The position numbers and the translations under genes were made by a program. From Candidatus Melainabacteria bacterium 17Bon1m (GTDB taxonomy: Bacteria > Cyanobacteriota > Vampirovibrionia > Obscuribacterales > Obscuribacteraceae), in assembly GCA_032128875.1 (NCBI GenBank), contig JAVLKG010000010.1, positions 128,001 to 192,000 of the forward strand: a DNA stretch of 64,000 bases. The letters are read 5' to 3'. Positions 21,131 to 29,587 of this stretch are shown here, one piece after another. The number at the start of each line of letters is the position of its first letter. The stretch's first letter is position 1. Below the pieces are notes generated by a model. That model saw nothing but the letters and a program-made list of their open reading frames with translations. It did no database searches and was not told where the DNA came from.

Positions 21131-21370
21131 AACAGCCTGTGTGAGGCTCTTACTCTCGCCGGACACCTGTTAAGGACCCCTTCCAGAGGTCCTTTCGGTC
21201 GGACCTATATAGAGGTCGATACCGAAGGCAGCCAAGCCAGACGACAGTCAGCCGTGACGGCTCTCTGTACTGGCGGTCAAAAGGCGCATCGCTACTTATT
21301 CAGTAGCAGCCTTTCCGACCGGCATTCCGACAAGCCCAACGTTTGTTAACGCCGTCTTATATTGGAATGC
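21131..21370 (-). promoter_or_regulatory. Putative structured 5' leader of the S10 operon
   Basis: Six back-to-back inverted repeats directly upstream of rpsJ (see findings). TAAAAT -10-like box at 21396-21401 on the minus strand. Confidence 0.6.
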
Positions 21371-22148
21371 GCCACAGAGTGACCGATCCAGCGGACGAAC
21401 CACACATTTTACTAATAGTAGCCAGTATGATTCTAAAAATTTATTTCACAATAAGCATTGGCCAGCAGATATAGAGCCGATATTGCGCGTTTCGCCCGCT
21501 TTAGCGATCATCATTAATTCATGCCGGAGCTCACCAGTTGCCTGTTTTGCGCTCTGCACAAAACAGCACAGAGCTTGACATCTACACAAAACCTTTAGTT
21601 TTCAGCAAGTACACAATATTAAACACAACGGTTGCGCACGATTTGACATCCTGCCAATTTTGAATTCTGTAATTCCGTACCTATATATGAGGTCAATCAC
21701 CCGAATGAGCGAGTGACCCGGATCGGGCCGAAAATGAAGTGTACGTGTGCGAAAAATCGGCTCATTTCATTCCGCACAAACCCCACAGGTTGGGCGTTTT
21801 GGGCTATGGCGACATTAGTTATACGTGTGGTTTACGTGTGCTTTTTGTAGGGAAAATGAAGCAAATCCCAAAACCCAAGGCTGACAAGTCTTTCCGGCGT
21901 CGCCATTTTTGAATCAGACTTCAAAGCCTCCGCCTGTGGACCCTTGACGGGATCTTGATACCGCCCTTATGTTGGTAATGTCACGAAGGCGATCGCCCAT
22001 TCAGGTGATATCAGTCAGTGACTTTTAAAAGAACTCTCGGGCAACCCCTCAAGCTCGAGCTCGTACCAAGTAAATCACTGAAAAGCTCAGCAGTACGGGT
22101 ATAAAGCTAAAAGCGCTTTTCTGGTTCGAAATTGGAGCTGATAGATAC

Positions 22149-22718
22149 ATGTATAGAAAGCAGTATAGAAAAAACAGAGGCACCTCAATCGCCGAATTGG
22201 GACCTGCATTGTTCTTGGTTCTTTTGATAATGGTTTTGCCAATGGCTTGTTTAGCAAGCTTAGGCATTCGTTATACACTTCTTTTCTACGCTGTGCGTCA
22301 GGCCGCGCGTGAAGCGGCTAAGAGCACTCAATTTCAGACAAATCAAAGTGCCCTTCAAAAATCCGCAATTAACAGAGCAAGAGAAGTGATGGCACTTTTT
22401 GCCAGTAGTGCGGGTGCCAATGGTCTCAAAGTTAATCCGACTGATGTGCATTGTTTTGTCGACATCATAAACATTGCATCCGGAACCGCCACGAGCCCCG
22501 GCATGGACCAAAGAGTTCCTGCTGGAACTCCAATTTCTACCACTCAAAACGTCTACAACGTGAGAGTGCAGGTTGATGGTACGGTTCGTCCACTGTTTGA
22601 GGCATCCGGGGACGGTGGAGGTTGGTTTGGAGTAGGGGTGCCTGGCCTCTCGCGGCCATTCCCCGTCCGCATGGTGTCAGCGGCCATGGCCGAGAGACCA
22701 GATGGGTTAGATAAATAG
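22149..22718 (+). CDS. TadE/TadF-like pseudopilin
   Basis: Basic leader, G|TSIAE prepilin-type site with Glu at +5, TM helix, then AVRQAAREAA. Confidence 0.8.
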   Translation: MYRKQYRKNRGTSIAELGPALFLVLLIMVLPMACLASLGIRYTLLFYAVRQAAREAAKSTQFQTNQSALQKSAINRAREVMALFASSAGANGLKVNPTDVHCFVDIINIASGTATSPGMDQRVPAGTPISTTQNVYNVRVQVDGTVRPLFEASGDGGGWFGVGVPGLSRPFPVRMVSAAMAERPDGLDK

Positions 22719-22772
22719 GTTTTTCAAAATCAGATTATTGAGACGCATACACCCGAAAGATAGGAAACGACC

Positions 22773-23276
22773 ATGCGGTTAATTAGACACATACCAAAAC
22801 ACCGTGATGAAAACGGAAGTTCATTTATTGAGGTGGGAATTGCCTCTGTAGCCATGGCGGTGATCGTATTTTTGGCTATGGACGCGTATGTATGGATGCA
22901 GGCTTTCATGCTTAACGACATCGCCTGCCGTGACGCCTGTAGAGCAGCTGCGCAATCGCAAGGAACGTCAAATACAGTTGCCTCGTATAAAACTGCAGCG
23001 CAGAATGCGGCTATCAGAGAGTTAACCCTACACTCCGTGACTCGTCCATACATTGGCAATCCTACATTTGTACCTAGTGGTTTCGTTTGGCAAGATTTCG
23101 GCGCTTCAAATGGTGGCAATATGCCACCATCACCACAAACACCGTTTGTGAGAGTGCAGTCATCAATGAACGTCAATCTGCCTGTTCCACTCAATGCTTT
23201 TGGTGGGTTGCAGGCTAAACCGCTCGTATTCCAGCGAAGCTACTCAATGCCCATTGTAAACATTCCTCCTCCCTAA
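22773..23276 (+). CDS. TadE/TadF-like pseudopilin
   Basis: G|SSFIE site, TM helix, ACRDACRAAA motif. Confidence 0.8.
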   Translation: MRLIRHIPKHRDENGSSFIEVGIASVAMAVIVFLAMDAYVWMQAFMLNDIACRDACRAAAQSQGTSNTVASYKTAAQNAAIRELTLHSVTRPYIGNPTFVPSGFVWQDFGASNGGNMPPSPQTPFVRVQSSMNVNLPVPLNAFGGLQAKPLVFQRSYSMPIVNIPPP

Positions 23277-23327
23277 ACAGAACAGAGCGGTCTCCAGGGA
23301 TTTCTCCCCAGTCACTAAAACAAACAA

Positions 23328-25127
23328 GTGGAAAAAGTCATGTTGAAAAATTTGCACTACCGAAGAAAATCCAAGGGTCAATCAATGATTGTATTGATTG
23401 TATTCTTGCTAGTCTTTTTCATTCTGCTGTTAGGCATGGCAGCGTTCGAGTTCGCTCGATATAGCCTGTGCTGCCAACAATTCCAACACTGTGTCGACAT
23501 CGCGGCACTTGGTGGTGCAGCAGGTCTGGCTTCGGCTCAGACCACCGACCAGGCGGTTGCGCAGGCATCGGCTTTGAACACTGCAAAGTGGATGATGGAA
23601 CAGAATTACATCCTCGATACATCATTGCTAAACAAAACCAACTGGACCACGGGTTCAACAATCCCAACGATGCCGCTCATCAAAAACACGGCAAACATGA
23701 ATTTCACTTGGGTTGACCCGGAAACAGGAAATCCGACTGCAGTAGCAGGCGATCAGAAAATTTTCCGTGTCTCCGGTGCTTATGCTTATCCCCCTCTTGT
23801 GGGCAGCTGGATTGGTCTCGGCAACAATGCTCTCGGCGCAGTAGTAGCCATCGGCAACGGTGGTGGCACTATGCTCGATGTGGTGTTGTGTTTTGACCTT
23901 TCAGGCTCGATCGATGATTCGACTAAGATCACCATGGTTGAGCGATACTCTCCCTCTGTGGGAAACACAATGTATCGCAAGGTCGCAGAAGGGACGCTTT
24001 ACACTGCCACAAACGAAACAAGTCCTACAGGCACAGGTTTCAACGCTCTCTATCCGTTCGCGATGAACGGCGCCAGTTATGGACAATTCAGCAGTCAAAG
24101 GCGTGGTCAGACACAGAACCAGAGAGCTCCGTACACTTCTCCTGCTGGTGGTCAGACGTTCACTGATGTAGTGGTCAACCTCGACGAGAACGACACATTT
24201 GCTGGTGGAACATTTGGAGGACTGTCCTTTCCAAGCTATCAAGTACTTGTCGAAGCGGCCAGAGGAAATCTGGAAAGCATAACAGTAGCAAACAATGCTA
24301 GCGTTCCGTATGCATCAATGGGAGTTACACCACAGACTGGCTATTACCGCACTTACTGGGAGCAAGCACAAATCCACAGACATCCTCTTTATGATGCACA
24401 AGCGTCATCAGCCAACTTCTTCCAGATCATCACAAATTCTACAAATGCACACTTGGGTTTAGTTGGTTTCTCTAGCGATGAGAATACTACATATAGTCAA
24501 CCGGCAATAGAATCCGGTGCTAATCACACTTTCCCAGTGCCCCCGGTTGCCGGTAACATTCCGACCTCTGCAAACGTCAGTTGTCCGATCCCATATGTCC
24601 AACTTGACCCAACACCGGGATCGGCCGGTAACAATCTAGCTGCCGTCAGCGCAAAACTCCCATTGCCTCCAACGTTACCTTCGACGGTCGTTCCACAACT
24701 GACTGCATACGGCTCGACTGACATTAACGGAGCCCTTAATCAGGCGATGAACATGCTAACGAGAAGTACGCCATCTTATTATAAAGACCCGACCTACTGG
24801 CCCACTAACAACAACCGTGCTCGGATCGGCGCACGCAGAGCGATCGTCTTGTTCACCGATGGACTGCCGACCACCAACACGGGTCCTCTTTACGGACAGG
24901 ACGGCTCAACTACGGCGCAAAAAGCAGGGCAATGTTCCATTCCAATTTACTGCATAGGACTCGCGCAGGTTTCTTCGCTGATTCCTGGGATGAATGCGAC
25001 TCTCGGAACAATTGCCACTAACTCCGGAGGAAAACTCTATGTTATTCCTCCAGGTGCAGGGCAAGCCGCAGCGCTCAACCGCGCATTTGCAGACATCGCC
25101 CGTTCGCTCGTTGCACTGGTTAGATAA
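23328..25127 (+). CDS. TadG-like pilus protein with vWA domain
   Basis: G|QSMIV plus TM; FQHCVDIAALGGA (Tad N-domain); MIDAS DLSGS, GSTDI, VLFTDGLP, IYCIGL. Alternative ATG at 23340. Confidence 0.85.
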   Translation: MEKVMLKNLHYRRKSKGQSMIVLIVFLLVFFILLLGMAAFEFARYSLCCQQFQHCVDIAALGGAAGLASAQTTDQAVAQASALNTAKWMMEQNYILDTSLLNKTNWTTGSTIPTMPLIKNTANMNFTWVDPETGNPTAVAGDQKIFRVSGAYAYPPLVGSWIGLGNNALGAVVAIGNGGGTMLDVVLCFDLSGSIDDSTKITMVERYSPSVGNTMYRKVAEGTLYTATNETSPTGTGFNALYPFAMNGASYGQFSSQRRGQTQNQRAPYTSPAGGQTFTDVVVNLDENDTFAGGTFGGLSFPSYQVLVEAARGNLESITVANNASVPYASMGVTPQTGYYRTYWEQAQIHRHPLYDAQASSANFFQIITNSTNAHLGLVGFSSDENTTYSQPAIESGANHTFPVPPVAGNIPTSANVSCPIPYVQLDPTPGSAGNNLAAVSAKLPLPPTLPSTVVPQLTAYGSTDINGALNQAMNMLTRSTPSYYKDPTYWPTNNNRARIGARRAIVLFTDGLPTTNTGPLYGQDGSTTAQKAGQCSIPIYCIGLAQVSSLIPGMNATLGTIATNSGGKLYVIPPGAGQAAALNRAFADIARSLVALVR

Positions 25128-25218
25128 TGCAAGGAATCCCAATAGTTACATTCAGCTAGGACAAAACTAAGCAGAAGGATGGTGCAATGCACCATCCTTT
25201 TGTTCAGAGGAAGGAAAT

Positions 25219-25779
25219 GTGCAAATGGTCTTCGAAAATTCGCGAGCAATTATGAGGCGAAGGTGGGCGATTGTACTTCTGACTATCCTTGCTATCCTTA
25301 CGACGCCTGCTCAATCGCTTGCGGTCAACAAAATCAGCGTAGTCATGCTTACTCAGGAAAGCATGCAAGAACACAACAGTGATGAACCCAGACGTCTGAT
25401 GTGTGACATTCTTCTTCAGGAATTCGCAAAAGGTGGTGTGATTCAAGTTGTGAATCAGGAGAACAGTCGCACACTCTCAAAGATTTACCATGCAAACTAC
25501 CATGTTGGTGCGAATCTAATCGCGTTCAGTTTCGCACCTAAAACCCCGATAAACGTTTCTATATCTGTCCAGCTGTTAGATAAGAAAACAGGCAATGTCT
25601 TTCTAACTTCTGACCGAGCAATGTTCATTGACGAGAACATCGTGGAAGCAGGACTCAAGTTGAACAAGTCAGAGTTCGACAACAGTGCATATGGAAAAGC
25701 GCTGACTGCTTTATCAAAGGCATCTGCCATTCAATTTCAAGAAAAGGTGCTGCACTTAAACCTACCGCCTCAAATTTAG
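25219..25779 (+). CDS. Hypothetical exported protein
   Basis: Signal-peptide-like MRRRWAIVLLTILAILTTPAQSLA; probable start at 25252. Confidence 0.65.
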   Translation: MQMVFENSRAIMRRRWAIVLLTILAILTTPAQSLAVNKISVVMLTQESMQEHNSDEPRRLMCDILLQEFAKGGVIQVVNQENSRTLSKIYHANYHVGANLIAFSFAPKTPINVSISVQLLDKKTGNVFLTSDRAMFIDENIVEAGLKLNKSEFDNSAYGKALTALSKASAIQFQEKVLHLNLPPQI

Positions 25780-25844
25780 GTATGGCTTTTGATCAAAGTA
25801 ACACCCAGCAAAGGCAAGCCAAAGTTATAGACTTCAAAAATCAG

Positions 25845-25874
25845 AAAAAGGGCGACGCATAACATCGCCCTTTT
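25845..25874. terminator. Bidirectional terminator / REP-like hairpin between convergent genes
   Basis: AAAAGGGCGA-CGCATAACA-TCGCCCTTTT. Confidence 0.6.
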
Positions 25875-25894
25875 GAAGTACGTCCGTTATGCCT

Positions 25895-25938
25895 AAAACA
25901 AAGAGGTGGAGCCAGAAGGCCCCACCTCAATTTTTTTT
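25895..25938. terminator. Terminator hairpin downstream of tuf
   Basis: GAGGTGGAGCC-AGAA-GGCCCCACCTC flanked by A-rich and T-rich runs. Confidence 0.65.
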
Positions 25939-25972
25939 GTTCGGACGATGCGTGGCATCGCCTCTACTTCAA

Positions 25973-27157
25973 TTACTCAGTAATCGAAGCAACAACTCCT
26001 GCGCCTACGGTTCTGCCGCCTTCGCGGATTGCGAAGCGCATACCTTGCTCGATAGCTACTGGCTGGATGAGTTCAACGTCCATTGCAACGTTGTCACCAG
26101 GCATAACCATTTCAACGCCTGCAGGCAGGGTGATGGAGCCGGTTACGTCAGTTGTACGGATGTAGAACTGCGGTCTGTAGCCAGGGAAGAATGGAGTGTG
26201 ACGTCCACCTTCTTCTTTCGAGAGGATGTATACCTCAGCTTTGAACTTGGTGTGCGGCTTGATAGAACCCGGCTTAGCGATAACTTGTCCGCGTTCGATC
26301 ATGGTCTTGTCGATACCACGAAGGAGTACGCCGACGTTGTCGCCTGCGATGCCTTCTTCCAAGGTCTTTTGGTACATTTCAATACCAGTGACGGTGGTCT
26401 TTTTGGTTTCGTGCAAGCCGACGATTTCTACTTCGTCGCCAACTTTGACTTTGCCGCGCTCGACACGGCCGGTAGCTACGGTTCCACGACCAGTGATCGA
26501 GAACACGTCTTCAACAGCCAGCAAGAACGGCTTGTCGACTTCGCGCTCAGGGGTCGGGATGTAGCTGTCTACTGCCTTCATCAAGTCAGCGATAACTGCT
26601 TCAGCAGCTGCATCGCCTTCGAGAGCCTTAACGGCAGAACCCTTGATGAAAGGAATATCGTCGCCAGGGAATTGATACTTGCTGAGCAATTCACGGGCTT
26701 CCATTTCAACCAATTCGACCAATTCCGGATCGTCGACGAGGTCGACTTTGTTCAGGAATACAACGATGTAAGGAACGCCTACCTGACGGGCGAGCAGGAT
26801 GTGCTCACGGGTTTGGGGCATCGGTCCGTCGTTGGCCGAGATAACCAGGATAGCTCCGTCCATTTGGGCGGCGCCGGTGATCATGTTCTTGATGTAGTCG
26901 GCGTGACCTGGGCAGTCTACGTGGCTGTAGTGGCGGTTGTCGGTTTCATACTCGACGTGCGCGGTATTGATGGTGATACCACGGGCTTTTTCTTCCGGAG
27001 CGGCATCGATTTCATCATATTTCTTGAATTTGGCTTTGCCTTGTTTAGACAATGCCAGTGTGATTGCGGCTGTCAGACTGGTTTTGCCGTGGTCGACGTG
27101 GCCGATGGTGCCGATGTTTACATTCGGCTTGTTTCTTTCAAACTTCTGGCGGGCCAT
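25973..27157 (-). CDS. tuf: Elongation factor Tu
   Basis: [54 protein letters not shown]. Confidence 0.99.
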   Translation of the reverse strand: MARQKFERNKPNVNIGTIGHVDHGKTSLTAAITLALSKQGKAKFKKYDEIDAAPEEKARGITINTAHVEYETDNRHYSHVDCPGHADYIKNMITGAAQMDGAILVISANDGPMPQTREHILLARQVGVPYIVVFLNKVDLVDDPELVELVEMEARELLSKYQFPGDDIPFIKGSAVKALEGDAAAEAVIADLMKAVDSYIPTPEREVDKPFLLAVEDVFSITGRGTVATGRVERGKVKVGDEVEIVGLHETKKTTVTGIEMYQKTLEEGIAGDNVGVLLRGIDKTMIERGQVIAKPGSIKPHTKFKAEVYILSKEEGGRHTPFFPGYRPQFYIRTTDVTGSITLPAGVEMVMPGDNVAMDVELIQPVAIEQGMRFAIREGGRTVGAGVVASITE

Positions 27158-27268
27158 CCTACAACTCTCCTTAACTGTTGGTTGACTGCTTACTTACTTG
27201 GTCCCTTCTACGCGCAGAACGCGTTTTCTTATTAGATTTGCGACGCTAGAAACGCGCTCTATAAAAAA

Positions 27269-27343
27269 TGGAGCCTATGGCCAGGATTGAACTGGCGACC
27301 TCCCCCTTACCAAGGGGGTGCACTACCACTGTGCTACATAGGC
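27269..27343 (-). tRNA. tRNA-Thr(GGT)
   Basis: GCCTATGTAGCACAGTGGTAGTGCACCCCCTTGGTAAGGGGGAGGTCGCCAGTTCAATCCTGGCCATAGGCTCCA; cloverleaf with encoded CCA. Confidence 0.96.
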
Positions 27344-27558
27344 ACGGGGCATATTCTAGCGCCCCTGAGAGGCCGTCCTATATAGAACTACCGCTCTTTT
27401 ACGTGCAACTTAACCATTTGTCCGATTCTATTCGGACTACGGATTCCATCTAAACAAATCGCGGGCTAGGCAAAAGTTCAGAAAGAACCGTTAAACCACC
27501 ACCATTCGGTATGGTTGCACGTCGCTTGCTCTCGAAACCATTCCCAGAAAGGGAAATT

Positions 27559-27641
27559 TGGGCGGAACTGGATTCGAACCAGTGTAGGCTTTCGCCAACG
27601 AGTTTACAGCCCGTCTCCTTTAGCCACTCGGACATCCGCCC
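27559..27641 (-). tRNA. tRNA-Tyr(GTA)
   Basis: GGGCGGATGTCCGAGTGGCTAAAGGAGACGGGCTGTAAACTCGTTGGCGAAAGCCTACACTGGTTCGAATCCAGTTCCGCCCA; long variable arm, CCA not encoded. Confidence 0.96.
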
Positions 27642-27645
27642 CAAA

Positions 27646-27717
27646 AGCCGGTGATGGGATTCGAACCCGCAACCTACGGTTTACAAAACCGTTGCTCTGC
27701 CATTGAGCTACACCGGC
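27646..27717 (-). tRNA. tRNA-Thr(TGT)
   Basis: GCCGGTGTAGCTCAATGGCAGAGCAACGGTTTTGTAAACCGTAGGTTGCGGGTTCGAATCCCATCACCGGCT. Confidence 0.96.
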
Positions 27718-27738
27718 ACGGGATGCAAGCGAGGGAAG

Positions 27739-27768
27739 ATCTTACTAGCTAAGCTTTAATCGTGTCAA
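27739..27768 (-). promoter_or_regulatory. Sigma70-type promoter for tRNA-tuf unit
   Basis: TTGACA-18 nt-TAAGAT about 20 nt upstream of tRNA-Thr(TGT). Confidence 0.55.
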
Positions 27769-27928
27769 ATAACTCTGGTTCTTCCGTCAAATAGCGACAC
27801 AATACCGAAATTATTTTTTCGCTAATGTTTTTCTCTCTGAGCGGAACCAAGAGCTGATGATGGTTTTCGCATTCTCTTTTCAAGCCGAGTTTTCAAGTCA
27901 CAAGATCGAATCGATACATGGCTTCTTT

Positions 27929-27983
27929 AAAACGGTCGACGCATGGCGTTTTCAAAACGGTCGACGCATGGCGTCGACCCTAC
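27929..27983. repeat. REP-like palindrome with partial tandem duplication at the rlmB stop
   Basis: AAAACGGTCGACGCATGGCGT occurs twice. The second copy completes GGTCGACGCATGGCGTCGACCCTAC and supplies the rlmB TAG. Confidence 0.65.
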
Positions 27984-28780
27984 AGGCTTTTGGTGCGCTT
28001 TTGCCTGACTACTTCAAATAAAACAATTCCGCATGCAACGGAAGCGTTGAGAGACTCAGTCTTGCCGGGCATCGGTATCTTGACATTGAAATCGCAATGT
28101 TCAGAAACCAGCCTGCTGAGCCCTTTTCCTTCAGCACCAACACAGATAGCAAGTGGTCTGACGAGATCAGCATCGAACAATTCTTCCCCACCGCGCACAT
28201 CCAGACCAACCACCCAAAACCCAGCTTTCTTCAAGTCTTCGACAGCATTAACGATGTTGTGCACGCGCACAATCGGAATGAAGGCAAGCGCACCGGCACT
28301 TACTTTCGACACAGTACCAGAAACTTGCGCCGACCTTCTTTGCGGCACTAGCACTGCTTTGGCGCCTGATGCCTCAGCAACCCGAACGATAGCGCCCAGG
28401 TTGTGCGGGTCTTCGATGCCATCAAGCAAAACGACGCAAGGGTTTTCACCCATCGCATCGCCCTTGAAGCGCTTGAGAAAGTCCTTCAGCTCTAGTTGCT
28501 TTACCGCGGAAAGCTGCCCGGCGACGCCCTGATGGCGCGCATCACGTCCCAGCATCATGTCTATTTTGCGTCGATCGCACACCGCAACGGGGATGCGCAG
28601 CCGTTTTGCTGCCGTCTCAATCTTGCTCAGTCGTGTGTCCGCATCCAAAGAATCAGCCAGAAAGACCTTCACAATCTCGGGTACATCGCCCGACGAGTCA
28701 GTTTCATCTAGCATGCGCTCTAGATAAACAAGCAGAGCATTGCGCCCGAATACAAATTCACCGTCCTGCCTGTCATTCAT
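27980..28780 (-). CDS. rlmB: 23S rRNA (Gm2251) 2'-O-methyltransferase, SpoU/TrmH family
   Basis: VFGRN, HQGV, LDGIEDPHNLGAIVR, KVSAGA, GAEGKG, IPMPGKTESLNASVA. Confidence 0.93.
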   Translation of the reverse strand: MNDRQDGEFVFGRNALLVYLERMLDETDSSGDVPEIVKVFLADSLDADTRLSKIETAAKRLRIPVAVCDRRKIDMMLGRDARHQGVAGQLSAVKQLELKDFLKRFKGDAMGENPCVVLLDGIEDPHNLGAIVRVAEASGAKAVLVPQRRSAQVSGTVSKVSAGALAFIPIVRVHNIVNAVEDLKKAGFWVVGLDVRGGEELFDADLVRPLAICVGAEGKGLSRLVSEHCDFNVKIPMPGKTESLNASVACGIVLFEVVRQKRTKSL

Positions 28781-28950
28781 CAATGCTTTCCTGTCGATGC
28801 TTATGTGTTGAAAACTCGCAACTGGCAGCAGTATAGCCCCTCATGGGCAAAGCACCATGGACACAAGGCTGCCGCTCTGGTTATCTCATAGTGAAGGTTC
28901 AGGTGTCTTTTACAGGACTTCAGGATTCAGACCAAAGGCAAATCAAGTCA

Positions 28951-29172
28951 ATGCTGTTCGACGTCTTCTTTTTTGGATTTCCCATCATCTTTGCGCTTTG
29001 CCTGGGCGCACACGCCATACGCGAAGAAGATGCACGCTTCTGGAGACCAGCTTTCAGCTTTTTTGCCTACTGCGCTTTTTACCTGGCTGGTGGTCGAGAC
29101 GTAATTCTTTATATTCTGTGCGGATTTATAATCGGTGGCTCGTGGCTGTCGGTCGGTAATATGCCGCTTTAG
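28951..29172 (+). CDS. Small hydrophobic membrane protein
   Basis: MLFDVFFFGFPIIFALCLGAH...AFSFFAYCAFYLAGG..VILYILCGFIIGGSW; about 3 TM segments; start uncertain. Confidence 0.45.
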   Translation: MLFDVFFFGFPIIFALCLGAHAIREEDARFWRPAFSFFAYCAFYLAGGRDVILYILCGFIIGGSWLSVGNMPL

Positions 29173-29203
29173 ACAAGCCTCGAAGGGTTGAGCCAAATAG
29201 CGC

Positions 29204-29455
29204 TTATGTGGCGCGACGACCTTTGGTAGGAGGCGTGACGACGGCGTGCCGGTTCTGCTGAGCCTCGGCAAGAGTGCGCATCGGAATGTCATGCTTCTTC
29301 AGCCATCGAGAAATCGTGTTTGGGTCACACCACTTATTTTCCGTATCGCGGTAGATTCGAGCGATCTCAACGGTGCTAAGCTTTTCCTTAACATACTTCT
29401 GTATGAGCCAGTCTCTATCCTGATACAGCTGTTTGGTTCTCAGTGTCTTTCCCAC
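29204..29455 (-). CDS. Small helix-turn-helix DNA-binding protein
   Basis: DRDWLIQKYVKEKLSTVEIAR...CDPNTISRWLKKHDIPMR; 83 aa. Confidence 0.7.
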   Translation of the reverse strand: MGKTLRTKQLYQDRDWLIQKYVKEKLSTVEIARIYRDTENKWCDPNTISRWLKKHDIPMRTLAEAQQNRHAVVTPPTKGRRAT

Positions 29456-29587
29456 ATGCCACCCCTTCTAAGGTTTTGAGGTTTCTGAAACGAGCCCGCC
29501 TGGTTGTCAGCCGCCGAGGTTACTACATATTCTAATTGTGTGTGTTTCTCCTCTATCTGACAAGCCCTTTGGCTTCAAGTTCAGCAA

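Noticed and set aside
21420-22148. c-di-GMP or other riboswitch upstream of the Tad cassette
   Set aside because: Only isolated hairpins; I could not match a riboswitch consensus by eye. An Rfam scan would be decisive.
25889-27235. 448-aa + strand ORF
   Set aside because: Antisense shadow of tuf, common for highly codon-biased genes.
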